Assembly (NCBI RefSeq): GCF_000007005.1
Contig: NC_002754.1
DNA from: Saccharolobus solfataricus P2
GTDB lineage: Archaea; Thermoproteota; Thermoprotei_A; Sulfolobales; Sulfolobaceae
Strand: one strand, 5' to 3'
Length of the DNA: 64,000 bases
The first letter of the stretch is position 1; each line of letters begins with the position of its first letter. A program made the translations under genes and the position numbers. The notes beneath the pieces are model-generated. The model worked only from the letters and a program-made list of their open reading frames with translations, was not told the DNA's origin and searched no databases. Below, piece by piece: positions 11,144 to 24,093 of the stretch.

Positions 11144-14100
11144 ATGATTAATGTAATGTATAAAAATTCCTGCCCTAACTGTGGTGGGGACATTTCTGGT
11201 GACAGATTGCTGAATGGTCTGCCATGTGAGGCTTGTTTACCTTATATTAACGGAATAGATGATGTAGACCATATTTCAAAGGTAAAAACGTTATACAATA
11301 TTTTACTTAATAACGATAAAATTAAAAATTATTGGAATTTATATTATAACATCACTACATTTGAAACTGTCTTTAAATATTTTAGAGATAAAACTGGATA
11401 TGAACCTTGGTCTCTCCAGAAACTATGGTTAAGAAGGCTTGCGAGTAATCAGAGTTTCACTATGTCAGCTCCAACTGGATTGGGGAAGACAACCACATTG
11501 ATGACCTATTCTGTCTTTATTGGCCAAGATGTAGTATATATCGTTCCCACAAAGTCCTTAATGGAACAAGTATGTAAAAGATTAGAGAAATTAGGTGCTC
11601 AAGTATCTTGTGGTAAAATTGATCAAAAGAAAGTAAGCGTAATAACAATAAGTTACCTAAATAAGAACGCGGACTCGATAGTAAGCCTTAAGCCAAACTT
11701 TGTCGTAATAGATGATGCAGATGCCGTAATAAAGAGCGGTAAAACAACTGATAGACTTGTTAGCTTATTGGGGATTCCGAAGGACGTTTATGAGAGTGCG
11801 ATTCAACTAATTAGGCTAAGGAATAAATACTATTTCTCTAACGAATACACGGAAGAAGTTAAAGAAAAAATTAGAGAATTGGAGCTTAAGATAGCAGAAT
11901 TTAAGGATAAAATTTCACAGCTAGTTATAGCTAGTGCTACAATACGACCTAAAGGCATTAAGCAAAAAGCTTTAAGGTTATTAACAGGTTTTGAACCTTC
12001 TTCTATTCAGTTATATGCTAGGAATATAATTGATGCTTATACTGAAAATCTAGATCTTTCAATAGTCAAGGAATTAGGAAGTGGTGGGTTAATTCTAGTT
12101 TCGAAAGAATATGGTAGGTCCAAATTAAATGAAATAAAGAAATACGTTGAGGACTTAGGTTTTAACGCTAAATTAGCAATAAGTGGAAGGAAATTCCTCG
12201 ACGATTTCTCTCAAGGTAAAGTAGATATTCTAGTAGGTTCTGCGTCTTATTATGGTGTTGCCGTTAGAGGAATTGATGAACCTAAAAGATTAAAATACGT
12301 CATATATTATGGAGTACCTAAAATAAGAGCTAAGCTTTTTGACGCTTTATCTAATCCATTTACATTACTCAGAGTAGGTAAATTAATTGGAATCGATTTT
12401 TCAAAGTTACAGAATAAGATTTTAATTCTGAATCCTTCTGAAGTTCAATTATTGAAGTTTTCCATAATAAAAGGAGAAAGTATAAACTACCATAAGTTAG
12501 AACAATTGAGGCAAGAATTGCTATATTATATGTCATTAGTTAAAGATAAGTTGAAGGAGAAAGTCGAGGATACTTTAATTTCAGATAGTTTTGTAATTAC
12601 CAAGCAAAATGGAAATTATTATATCGTCTATCCCGATATGATAACATATTTGCAAGGCTCTGGGAGGGCAAGCAGACTTTACAATGGTGGATTGACTCTT
12701 GGATTTTCAATAATTCTAGTAGATGATAGACACATCTTTGAAATATTGGAGAAGAAAATGCAAAAATTGTTTCCTAACACTACCTTTACTTCATTATCTA
12801 ATACAAATTTATCTGAAATAAAAATTAAACTGGAAGACTCTAGAAAAGAAGAAGGGAATAGGGTCCATTTTAACATATCAACTGGTTTACTTATAGTAGA
12901 GTCTCCAACAAAAGCAAAGACTATAGCTAAAATGTTTAGCAGACCCTCGGTTAGGATAAGAAATAAAGTACCAGTATACGAAACCATTATAGTAGATGGT
13001 AATCAAATATACGTGTTAGATATAGTAGCTTCAAAAGGCCATATCGTGGATCTAACCTTAGAAGATATAGGATATTATGGGATAAAAGTAGAAGATGATG
13101 GAACTATAAAGCCATATTACGACTTAATAAAGAAATGCCTCGACTGTAATAAGATATTTTCTAGTGCTTCAGATAAATGTCCATACTGTGGTTCTGCAAA
13201 TCTTCAATCAGCTCAAACTACCATTAACTTACTCAGGGAGTTAGCGTTATCAGTAGATAAAGTGTTTATAGCTTCTGACCCAGATACTGAAGGGGAGAAG
13301 ATAGCATATGATCTGGCTTCATTCTTGTCTCCATATAATTCCAACGTGTATAGAGTAGTATATCACGAAATTACTAAGAAGGCAATATTAGAGGCATTGA
13401 GGAATCCCAAAAAGATTAATACAAATCTAGTAATGAGTCAGATAGTTAGAAGGATAGAAGATAGATGGATTGGCTTCACGTTAAGTAACTTACTAAAAAC
13501 GAAGTTTAATGGACATAATCATGGTGCGGGTAGGGTACAAACTCCAGTTTTAGGTTGGATAGTGAATAAAACGATAAAGTATAAGAGTGCAATGGGTCAC
13601 GTGGTTTATATTGACATCGCGGGATACTCCATTAAAAAATATTTTAGTGAAAAAAGGAAGGTGGAAGAGTATATAAATAACTTACAAGTAGCTAGAATTG
13701 AAAAAATCTCTGAAGAGAAAATACTATTATCTCCATTACCTCCCTTTACTACAGACACCTTACTTATTGAGGCTAACATGAAATATAAACTACCAGCTAA
13801 TCTTGTAATGAAGATTGCTCAAGATCTATTTGAGGCTGGCCTAATAACATATCATAGAACTGATAGTACTCATATTTCCTCTGTAGGTATAGAAATAGCA
13901 AAGGAGTATCTTCAAAAGCAAGCGCTCATTAAAGAGTTTGTTCCTAGATCATGGGAATCATCGGAGGAAGGTGCTCATGAGGCAATAAGACCAACTAGAG
14001 CTATAGACGTTAACGAGTTAATTCAAGAAATAGAGGAGAATCCTTATAAGTATTCGATAAGGTTTAGTAAATTACACTTATTAATTTACGACTTAATATT

Positions 14101-14644
14101 CAAGCGATTTATAGCTAGTCAGATGTCCCATGCAGTTGGTACAAAAAGTAGGTATTTGATAAAGTTAGGCAAGGACGATAATGTCGATGTAGAATTGTTA
14201 AGTAATGCTGAAGGCGGATTTATTAAGGTATATCCAGTTAAGGTGTATAATTTACCTGTAGGTGAGATTCAACCTAAAGTTAATATTACTAAGGGGTCAA
14301 GTGAACAATTGCTAAGTTACTCTGATGTGATATCATTAATGAAATCTAAGGGAATTGGAAGGCCTAGTACATATGCAAAAACTATAGAAAATCTAATGAA
14401 GCATGGATATATAGTTAGCAGTAAAAGAAAGTCATATCTAATAGCAACAAACAGAGGTATCTCAGTATATCAATTTCTAAGCTCCAAATTCTACGATCTA
14501 GTTTCCGAAAGTACCACATCTAGATTAATGACAAAATTGGACGACATTGCACTAAGCAAGTTGAATGCTTCTACAGTGTTATTAGAAATATTCAGCGAGA
14601 TATCTACCTTAGTAAACCCTCTTAAGTCTGAGCAAAATGTATGA
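11144..14644 (+). CDS. rgy: Reverse gyrase (TopR2 type, 1166 aa)
   Basis: N-terminal CPNCGG Zn finger, SF2-like [13 protein letters not shown], topoisomerase [29 protein letters not shown] (catalytic Tyr) and GIGRPSTYA. Confidence 0.96.
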   Translation: MINVMYKNSCPNCGGDISGDRLLNGLPCEACLPYINGIDDVDHISKVKTLYNILLNNDKIKNYWNLYYNITTFETVFKYFRDKTGYEPWSLQKLWLRRLASNQSFTMSAPTGLGKTTTLMTYSVFIGQDVVYIVPTKSLMEQVCKRLEKLGAQVSCGKIDQKKVSVITISYLNKNADSIVSLKPNFVVIDDADAVIKSGKTTDRLVSLLGIPKDVYESAIQLIRLRNKYYFSNEYTEEVKEKIRELELKIAEFKDKISQLVIASATIRPKGIKQKALRLLTGFEPSSIQLYARNIIDAYTENLDLSIVKELGSGGLILVSKEYGRSKLNEIKKYVEDLGFNAKLAISGRKFLDDFSQGKVDILVGSASYYGVAVRGIDEPKRLKYVIYYGVPKIRAKLFDALSNPFTLLRVGKLIGIDFSKLQNKILILNPSEVQLLKFSIIKGESINYHKLEQLRQELLYYMSLVKDKLKEKVEDTLISDSFVITKQNGNYYIVYPDMITYLQGSGRASRLYNGGLTLGFSIILVDDRHIFEILEKKMQKLFPNTTFTSLSNTNLSEIKIKLEDSRKEEGNRVHFNISTGLLIVESPTKAKTIAKMFSRPSVRIRNKVPVYETIIVDGNQIYVLDIVASKGHIVDLTLEDIGYYGIKVEDDGTIKPYYDLIKKCLDCNKIFSSASDKCPYCGSANLQSAQTTINLLRELALSVDKVFIASDPDTEGEKIAYDLASFLSPYNSNVYRVVYHEITKKAILEALRNPKKINTNLVMSQIVRRIEDRWIGFTLSNLLKTKFNGHNHGAGRVQTPVLGWIVNKTIKYKSAMGHVVYIDIAGYSIKKYFSEKRKVEEYINNLQVARIEKISEEKILLSPLPPFTTDTLLIEANMKYKLPANLVMKIAQDLFEAGLITYHRTDSTHISSVGIEIAKEYLQKQALIKEFVPRSWESSEEGAHEAIRPTRAIDVNELIQEIEENPYKYSIRFSKLHLLIYDLIFKRFIASQMSHAVGTKSRYLIKLGKDDNVDVELLSNAEGGFIKVYPVKVYNLPVGEIQPKVNITKGSSEQLLSYSDVISLMKSKGIGRPSTYAKTIENLMKHGYIVSSKRKSYLIATNRGISVYQFLSSKFYDLVSESTTSRLMTKLDDIALSKLNASTVLLEIFSEISTLVNPLKSEQNV

Positions 14645-14878
14645 TATACGCCTTCTATCTCTAACTTCACTTCCAGTCTGCACATTTACCAATTGTACGC
14701 CATCTCCTAATCTGTCCTTTAATGAATTGTAGACGTCTACTGCTTTAGAAATTTCCCTACCTGTTCCTTTTAATATTACTTCGTCTATTCCTTGATTAAA
14801 CAGAACAATTACATCTAAAACGTGATCTTCTACATTTTTTGTTTTTCTAACTACTATCTCATTCAATTTTTCTGTCAT
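14609..14878 (-). CDS. alba2: Chromatin protein Alba2 (Sso10b2)
   Basis: Alba fold, [18 protein letters not shown]. Confidence 0.92.
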   Translation of the reverse strand: MTEKLNEIVVRKTKNVEDHVLDVIVLFNQGIDEVILKGTGREISKAVDVYNSLKDRLGDGVQLVNVQTGSEVRDRRRISYILLRLKRVY

Positions 14879-14922
14879 CTTCTCTCACGAGTCATAAGTG
14901 GATATGCAAAAATAAATCTAAT

Positions 14923-14975
14923 GTTCAGTAACACGGGCCCTTATCATCAATCAAACTGAAGGGCGTCATCACCAA
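14923..14975 (-). ncRNA. Box C/D guide sRNA
   Basis: Minus strand reads GTGATGA-cgcccttcagt-TTGA-TTGATGA-taagggcccgtgtta-CTGA (C 14972-66, D' 14954-51, C' 14950-44, D 14928-25). Confidence 0.88.
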
Positions 14976-14989
14976 TAAGAAAGTTATTT

Positions 14990-17791
14990 TTAAGAGTATT
15001 TTAAACTTTGTAGATAAGCAATAGCATTGAGCAATAAGTATACTATAATGTCTTTACCTACATGATAATACTTTTGTAGAAATTGATAGGAAGTATCTAT
15101 AGCTTCCCTAACCTTAGCCTCCTCTATATTATTGAATGGAATCTTCCTTAAGATCTCTTCTGGGTTATTAATTAAATCGTATGGTTTCAACAAGATTTCT
15201 ACTTGATTATCTCCTGACTTAAGGTCGACTGCAAAGATCTCATTATTATTTAATGGCGAGAAGGAGGAATAGTATTCTTCAGATTTAACAATGTCAATAA
15301 AATCTTCGTACAAGCACCATCTAGTTTCCCTACTATCAACATCTATAAATGATGTTACTTTATATTTATTATTATTTCTTCTAAGCTGTTTTAACTTATT
15401 TTCAAGACTTTTAGCTGAGATTCCTAAAATCTCCGATAGCTCATTAACTGTATACGCACCACCTTTTAGCGCTTGATATATTGTTAAATTTAGATCAGAG
15501 AGCCAAGGCCTTATCTGTGCATGAGCGAATATCGCTTCTCTCAACGACCCTGCGTTCTCAGTATACACTATTTTTATTTTACCTTCCCTAACTCTTCTGA
15601 TAAATTCTAGAGTTTTCTTTATGGTAAAGTATCTTTTTATGGTCTGTCTTAGCGCTTCTTTTATCAAGAATTTATCCTCTTTTGTGTTAATTTTTGATAT
15701 TTTACCAAAACTTGGTTGGATCTCCTTAAGTGTCGCTATGTATAGAGGTGATCTTAATATAGATCTTAATATAATTTTTATGATTTTTCTATCATTCATA
15801 TTGATAATGTCTTTGAATAAATCTACTGGAGTGCCCTTTATCGAAAAACCATATATTGAACTTCTACTAGAAGCGTTTAACGTATACTTTTTAGTAACTA
15901 AATAAAGTAATATATGAGATAAAGTATTTGAAATCCTCTCATCAATAACTACAGTGTAAAGCCATTCATCTTCCTTGTTTTCTACCAGTATAACATCTCT
16001 AGAGGGTATTTTCAGTCCTAACTTTCTATAGTTCTCGAATATCTTGATTATGCTTTCCTTTGAGTTTTTGTCCATAATCTCATTCATTGTAAGATAATAT
16101 TCATTGAAATTTTCCATAATCTTTCTAATATAATTCACTATTAGTGGAGATTTGGACATATTTTCTCCTTTCCATATAGGTATCTCACCTTCACCTTCAT
16201 TTGCTGGAGTAACATCTATCGTATTTTTATGCATATTTATACGTAATACTTTCCAGAACTTTCCGCTTATTCTTATTATATCATTTGCTCTCACATGCTT
16301 ATATACGTAAACTGCATCTATCTCACCTACGGTTATACCATTATGTTTTAAGGAAAAGGTTTCGTCGTTGTTGATCAATGAGAAGAATTCTGAGAAGTCC
16401 TTTCCCCAGCTGTTTTTAGCATCTCTATTAAATCTCCATATCTTAAAGAACCCTTGACCTAGTTTCAAGTAGTTTTCCTCTATTTTTATTATATTATTCT
16501 TGACCAAGTAATTAACTAAATCTAATAGTTTTGATAATTCTAGATTCCTATAAATATAGGTACCCCGAATTATATTAAAAATCTCTTCTATACTCATCTT
16601 CTGATTTTGCAGTATCATGCCTACTATTTCTCTAGCAACAACATCTAATCCATCATCTATGAAAGGTTTTTCCATTTTACCATCTTTCGCTGAGAGATAC
16701 AGCGCTAAAGACTCTAATACGTCGAAATCATAGAAGCAGATTATTTCTCCCTTAGGAACTCCATGAACTATATGTCCACTTCTACCTAATCTCTGTAAAA
16801 ATGAGGATACTGAAGTTGGCGGTCTTAGCATTATTACTTTCTTTATATCTCCTACGTGAATTCCTAGTTCTAGTGTCTTAGTGCATACTACTGCCTTCGC
16901 ATTACCATTTCTTAATTCTCCTTCAGCTAAGTTCTTAAGATCTCTAGAAACTGACGAATGATGCACGTAGATTTCTTTATTCCCTAATTTTTCTAACTCT
17001 TCATGAAGTCTTTCTGTGGAAAACCTAGAATTTGTAAAGACTAGTGTTGGTTTTTCTATTAGTTGATTTATTTTTTCTGCTGCACTCTTCCATAAAGCAA
17101 AACTATTATCATTACCAAGTTTATTTATTTTTATTTCAAAATTCCTCGTATCATTTAATCTTATTATTTTCATCTTTCTTTCGGAAGATCCGAAGAGGAA
17201 TTGAGCTACTTTGTCCTCATCACTCACTGTAGCTGATAATCCAATTCGTTGAAAATCGTAACCAATAAAGTATTTTAATCTTTCAAGTAATATTGATAAC
17301 TGAGTTCCTCGCTTCGAGTTTATTAATTCGTGAATCTCGTCAACTACGACCCATTTGACATTTTTATAATGTTCCCTAAATCTACTTGCCCAGTCTAGAT
17401 CTATTTCTAATCCCTCTGGCGTAGTGACAATTATATGGGGTATTCTCTTTAATCTTAAGTTCTTTTCCTTTTGAGGAACTTCTCCGTGTTTTCTATTTAC
17501 TAAAAAACCTAGTCTGGAGGCCCACCAGTCTATCCTATAAAGAAGGTCATTAATTAGTGCTTTCAAGGGCGTAATATAAATTACAGTGACAGGTTTAACG
17601 TCTTCTTTCAACATTCTATTTAAGATCGGAAGCAACGCAGCTTCAGTCTTTCCATAACCAGTAGGTGCAATGACTAGCGTATTGTAACCATTACTTATTG
17701 GTTCAAACGACATTTCTTGTACTCTAGTTAACTTCATCCAATTTTTTTCCTCTATCAGCTTTCTTAATCGCTGGTCAAGATGATCTAGCAT
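14990..17791 (-). CDS. lhr: Lhr-like DEAD/DEAH SF2 helicase with C-terminal HTH
   Basis: APTGYGKTEAA, TTPE, DEIH, GLSAT, HHSS, TKTLELGI and QRLGRSGH motifs. Confidence 0.9.
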   Translation of the reverse strand: MLDHLDQRLRKLIEEKNWMKLTRVQEMSFEPISNGYNTLVIAPTGYGKTEAALLPILNRMLKEDVKPVTVIYITPLKALINDLLYRIDWWASRLGFLVNRKHGEVPQKEKNLRLKRIPHIIVTTPEGLEIDLDWASRFREHYKNVKWVVVDEIHELINSKRGTQLSILLERLKYFIGYDFQRIGLSATVSDEDKVAQFLFGSSERKMKIIRLNDTRNFEIKINKLGNDNSFALWKSAAEKINQLIEKPTLVFTNSRFSTERLHEELEKLGNKEIYVHHSSVSRDLKNLAEGELRNGNAKAVVCTKTLELGIHVGDIKKVIMLRPPTSVSSFLQRLGRSGHIVHGVPKGEIICFYDFDVLESLALYLSAKDGKMEKPFIDDGLDVVAREIVGMILQNQKMSIEEIFNIIRGTYIYRNLELSKLLDLVNYLVKNNIIKIEENYLKLGQGFFKIWRFNRDAKNSWGKDFSEFFSLINNDETFSLKHNGITVGEIDAVYVYKHVRANDIIRISGKFWKVLRINMHKNTIDVTPANEGEGEIPIWKGENMSKSPLIVNYIRKIMENFNEYYLTMNEIMDKNSKESIIKIFENYRKLGLKIPSRDVILVENKEDEWLYTVVIDERISNTLSHILLYLVTKKYTLNASSRSSIYGFSIKGTPVDLFKDIINMNDRKIIKIILRSILRSPLYIATLKEIQPSFGKISKINTKEDKFLIKEALRQTIKRYFTIKKTLEFIRRVREGKIKIVYTENAGSLREAIFAHAQIRPWLSDLNLTIYQALKGGAYTVNELSEILGISAKSLENKLKQLRRNNNKYKVTSFIDVDSRETRWCLYEDFIDIVKSEEYYSSFSPLNNNEIFAVDLKSGDNQVEILLKPYDLINNPEEILRKIPFNNIEEAKVREAIDTSYQFLQKYYHVGKDIIVYLLLNAIAYLQSLKYS

Positions 17792-17865
17792 TAATTATCA
17801 CGCCAAATTTACTGAATAGCACCATTTACCGTTATTTTTAAAAATATAAAATCAACGTTCAATCT

Positions 17866-18105
17866 ATGTCTCAGAAATATACTTGTAATGTATGTGGTAG
17901 ATCTTTTCCAGAGGGTCAAGGAATAATAATTGAAATTAGTAGTAATAAACTATACTTTCACAGTAAAAGTTGTGCGTATAAGTTCCTTAAAGAGATAATT
18001 ATGGAAGCCGATACGGACTGCATTAATTCTTCATTAAAGAAGGTAAAGAAGAAATACGATGAGATATTAGAACATTTAAGTGAAAAAGCTGAAAAGAAAA
18101 TTTAA
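17866..18105 (+). CDS. Small L24e-like / TRASH-type metal-binding protein
   Basis: CNVCG...GQG...YFHSKSC pattern; directly upstream of rtcB. Confidence 0.65.
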   Translation: MSQKYTCNVCGRSFPEGQGIIIEISSNKLYFHSKSCAYKFLKEIIMEADTDCINSSLKKVKKKYDEILEHLSEKAEKKI

Positions 18106-18179
18106 AGTTTTTGAAATAAATACTCCGCCAATAGGTATAGTTTTATTTAGGCTAAGTAATATCTGTATTTGATTGAAAA

Positions 18180-20563
<2,384 letters not shown>

Positions 20564-20591
20564 ATATTGTAATATATAGGGTGTAACATTC

Positions 20592-22184
20592 ATGTCTGCT
20601 AAAGAAAAGTTTGCAAGCTTATCCCCAGCAGAATTCTTTAAAAGGAATCCGGAGCTTGCCGGATTCCCTAATCCAGCTAGGGCTCTTTATCAAACTGTTA
20701 GAGAATTAATAGAAAACTCGTTGGACGCAACTGATGTTCATGGGATACTGCCTAATATTAAGATTACGATTGACTTAATTGATGAATCTAGGCAAATATA
20801 TAAAGTTAATGTAGTTGATAATGGAATAGGCATCCCCCCACAAGAGGTTCCCAATGCGTTTGGTAGAGTATTATACAGTTCAAAATACGTGAATAGGCAA
20901 ACTAGGGGTATGTATGGTCTGGGTGTAAAAGCTGCTGTTCTCTATAGTCAAATGCATCAAGATAAGCCTATAGAAATAGAGACTTCACCAGTAAATTCTA
21001 AAAGATTATATACTTTTAAATTGAAAATTGATATAAATAAGAACGAGCCAATAATTGTAGAAAGGGGATCTGTTGAAAACAATACAGGTTTTCATGGGAC
21101 GTCAGTAGCAATATCTATACCGGGGGACTGGCCCAAAGCTAAATCAAGAATTTATGAATATATCAAAAGGACTTACATTATTACCCCATATGCAGAATTT
21201 ATCTTTAAGGACCCTGAAGGAAATGTAACATATTATCCGAGACTAACAAATAAGATTCCTAAGCCACCACAAGAGGTTAAGCCTCATCCTTATGGAGTAG
21301 ATAGAGAAGAAATCAAAATAATGATAAATAATCTAAAGAGAGATTATACTATAAAGGAATTTTTAATGAGTGAATTCCAAAGTATAGGAGATACTACTGC
21401 AGATAAGATTTTAGAATTAGTTGGATTAAGGCCCAATAAGAAGGTTAAGAATTTAACAGAAGAGGAAATCACTAGGCTAGTTGAGACTTTTAAGAAATAT
21501 GAGGATTTTAGATCTCCTTCAGCAGACTCACTTTCTGTAATAGGGGAAGATTTGATTGAATTAGGTTTAAAAAAGATCTTTAATCCGGATTTTACAGCAT
21601 CCATAACCAGGAAACCTAAGGCTTATCAAGGACACCCATTTATAGTGGAAGCCGGTATCGCATTCGGTGGTAGCATACCCGTTGGGGAAGAGCCCATAGT
21701 TTTAAGATACGCTAATAAGATTCCGTTAATTTATGACGAGAAATCGGATGTCATATGGAAGGTTGTTGAAGAGTTAGATTGGAAAAGGTATGGTATTGAG
21801 TCAGATCAGTATCAAATGGTAGTGATGGTTCATCTGTGCAGTACTAAGATACCTTATAAGAGTGCTGGTAAGGAAAGCATCGCTGAAGTAGAAGATATAG
21901 AGAAGGAAATAAAGAACGCGCTGATGGAGGTTGCAAGAAAACTGAAATTGTATTTAAGTGAGAAGAGAAAGGAGCAAGAGGCTAAGAAGAAATTACTCGC
22001 ATATTTAAAATATGTACCAGAAGTCAGTAGGTCTTTGGCAATCTTTTTAGCATCGGGTAATAAAGAGTTAGTGCCAAAATATCAAGGTGAGATTGTGGAA
22101 GGTTTATTTAAACTTATTTCTAAGAAATTAGATTTGATTAATATTGAAGAGTATAGAAAGGTATATAAGGTGGATAGTGAATGA
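20592..22184 (+). CDS. top6B: DNA topoisomerase VI subunit B
   Basis: GHKL motifs ELIENSLDA, DNGIG, RGMYGLG and HGT; YANKIPL. Confidence 0.97.
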   Translation: MSAKEKFASLSPAEFFKRNPELAGFPNPARALYQTVRELIENSLDATDVHGILPNIKITIDLIDESRQIYKVNVVDNGIGIPPQEVPNAFGRVLYSSKYVNRQTRGMYGLGVKAAVLYSQMHQDKPIEIETSPVNSKRLYTFKLKIDINKNEPIIVERGSVENNTGFHGTSVAISIPGDWPKAKSRIYEYIKRTYIITPYAEFIFKDPEGNVTYYPRLTNKIPKPPQEVKPHPYGVDREEIKIMINNLKRDYTIKEFLMSEFQSIGDTTADKILELVGLRPNKKVKNLTEEEITRLVETFKKYEDFRSPSADSLSVIGEDLIELGLKKIFNPDFTASITRKPKAYQGHPFIVEAGIAFGGSIPVGEEPIVLRYANKIPLIYDEKSDVIWKVVEELDWKRYGIESDQYQMVVMVHLCSTKIPYKSAGKESIAEVEDIEKEIKNALMEVARKLKLYLSEKRKEQEAKKKLLAYLKYVPEVSRSLAIFLASGNKELVPKYQGEIVEGLFKLISKKLDLINIEEYRKVYKVDSE

Positions 22185-23350
22185 GTTCTGAATTTATATC
22201 AAAGGTTGATAAAGAAGCGAGAAGGAAAGCTGCTAGTATATTGCGCGATAAGTTCCTTAATTTAGTTGAACAACTTAAGAAAGGCGAACCATTAGTAATG
22301 GAAATCCCAATGAGAACTTTATCTAATGCGATCTATGATGAAAAGAGAAAGCTACTACTCTTGGGAGAAAAGAAACTTAAAAGGAATTTTCTAGATATGA
22401 ACGAAGCAAAACGATTTATGCAGACCGTATTGATGGCATCAATAATTTATGACGCGCTAGTTAGCGATGAGTACCCAACTATACGTGATCTTTACTACAG
22501 AGGAAAGCACTCACTTTTGTTAAAGTCAATTGATGGCAATAAGATAGTGTCTGAAGAGAATACATGGGATGAACAAAAGGAGTCAGATAGTGTTATAGTT
22601 GATATCGAAGTATTTACGTCTCTCCTTAGAGAAGAAATGCTGATTCTCAGTAAGGAAAAGGGTAAAGTAGTAGGTAATTTAAGGATAAGGAGCGGAAATG
22701 ATACAATAGATCTGAGTAAAACTGGTCATGGAGCCTACGCGATTGAACCTACTCCCGATTTGATAGATTTCATTGATGTTGATGCAGAATTTGTACTAGT
22801 AGTGGAGAAAGATGCAGTATTCCAACAGTTGCATAGAGCTGGTTTTTGGAAACAGTATAAGTCCATTTTAATAACTAGTGCGGGTCAACCAGATAGGGCA
22901 ACTAGGAGATTTGTCAGAAGACTTAATGAGGAGCTAAAATTGCCAGTTTATATCTTAACTGATGCTGATCCCTATGGATGGTATATATTCAGCGTATTCA
23001 GAATAGGCTCAATATCTTTATCTTACGAGAGTGAGAGGCTAGCTACTCCAGACGCCAAATTTTTGGGCGTATCAATGAGTGATATCTTCGGTAATTCCAG
23101 AAAGAAACCCTATTTAAGTGAAGCCGAGAGAAAGAATTATATAATTAAGGCCAAAGAGGCAGATATAAAGAGAGCTGAGGAAATTAAAAACTATGAGTGG
23201 TTTAAGACTAAAGCATGGGAAGAAGAGATAAACACTTTCCTACATAGGAAAGCTAAATTGGAAATAGAAGCTATGGCAAGCAAGGGTCTTAAGTTTCTCG
23301 CTTTCCAGTACATTCCAGAGAAGATAACTAATAAGGATTACATTGCCTAA
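22181..23350 (+). CDS. top6A: DNA topoisomerase VI subunit A
   Basis: TIRDLYY, VEKDAVF, DADPYG and KLEIEA motifs. Confidence 0.97.
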   Translation: MSSEFISKVDKEARRKAASILRDKFLNLVEQLKKGEPLVMEIPMRTLSNAIYDEKRKLLLLGEKKLKRNFLDMNEAKRFMQTVLMASIIYDALVSDEYPTIRDLYYRGKHSLLLKSIDGNKIVSEENTWDEQKESDSVIVDIEVFTSLLREEMLILSKEKGKVVGNLRIRSGNDTIDLSKTGHGAYAIEPTPDLIDFIDVDAEFVLVVEKDAVFQQLHRAGFWKQYKSILITSAGQPDRATRRFVRRLNEELKLPVYILTDADPYGWYIFSVFRIGSISLSYESERLATPDAKFLGVSMSDIFGNSRKKPYLSEAERKNYIIKAKEADIKRAEEIKNYEWFKTKAWEEEINTFLHRKAKLEIEAMASKGLKFLAFQYIPEKITNKDYIA

Positions 23351-23404
23351 TCAGCCGAGACAGGTTATTTCATGTGTAGTCAATTTTATGGGTTTCATCA
23401 CTCC
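23349..23404 (-). ncRNA. Box C/D guide sRNA, sR3-like (D guide complementary to CCGAGACAGGU, a 23S rRNA-type sequence)
   Basis: Minus strand reads GTGATGA-aacccataaaa-TTGA-ctacac-ATGAAAT-aacctgtctcgg-CTGA. Similarity to Sulfolobus sR3 is from recall. Confidence 0.82.
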
Positions 23405-23550
23405 TATTCATAATAACCAAGAATCTCATTAAAAGTATTCTTCTTACACACATTACAATAGATATATATGGTTCTTTGTGAACTTATATCAAAGCTGATA
23501 TTTAATACTTTTTCAGTATTACAGTTTGTACACCTTATTTTCCATGGCAT
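23404..23550 (-). CDS. 48-aa zinc-ribbon protein (below the ORF-track cutoff)
   Basis: Manual translation MPWKIRCTNCNTEKVLNISFDISSQRTIYIYCNVCKKNTFNEILGYYE, with two CxxC motifs. Confidence 0.75.
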   Translation of the reverse strand: MPWKIRCTNCNTEKVLNISFDISSQRTIYIYCNVCKKNTFNEILGYYE

Positions 23551-23583
23551 ACTTTAATATCTAGTTTTATATAAAATAAAATT

Positions 23584-23637
23584 GCTGTGAAGACCTAGCT
23601 AGGTCTGAAGAGTGATGAGGGGCCAAAGCTCGGAGCG
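23584..23637 (+). ncRNA. Box C/D guide sRNA, sR14-like (tRNA-Gln(UUG) U34 guide)
   Basis: GTGAAGA 23587-93, D' CTGA 23605-08, C' GTGATGA 23612-18, guide ggggccaaagct, variant D CGGA 23631-34. Resembles Sulfolobus sR14 as recalled. Confidence 0.85.
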
Positions 23638-23695
23638 TTTTTAATAAGAGTAAGAGTTTAAAGTTTAACACATTTTATATCATAGAGGGTTAAAG

Positions 23696-24091
23696 ATGAG
23701 CATAACGTACACGACCGTCGGTGAGCTCAAGGTAGGTAGTTATGTAGTAATAGATGGAGAGCCTTGTAGGGTTGTAGAAGTAACTAAGGCTAAAACAGGT
23801 AAGCATGGAAGTGCAAAAGCTAACGTGGTAGCTATTGGGGTTTTTAGTGGAGCAAAAAAGACACTAATGGCTCCAGTAGATCAGCAAGTTGAAGTTCCTA
23901 TTATAGAAAAGCATATCGGTCAAATAATTGCAGATATGGGTAATAAAATACAAGTAATGGATTTAGAAAGTTATGAGACCTTCGAGATCGAGAAACCAAC
24001 AGAAGATGAGCTAGCCTCCAAGATAAAACCTAATGCGGAATTAGAGTACTGGGAAATAATGGGAAGGAGAAAAATAGTTAGGGTTAAGTAA
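23696..24091 (+). CDS. eif5a: Translation factor aIF5A (hypusinated)
   Basis: KTGKHGSAK hypusine motif. Confidence 0.97.
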   Translation: MSITYTTVGELKVGSYVVIDGEPCRVVEVTKAKTGKHGSAKANVVAIGVFSGAKKTLMAPVDQQVEVPIIEKHIGQIIADMGNKIQVMDLESYETFEIEKPTEDELASKIKPNAELEYWEIMGRRKIVRVK

Positions 24092-24093
24092 TA

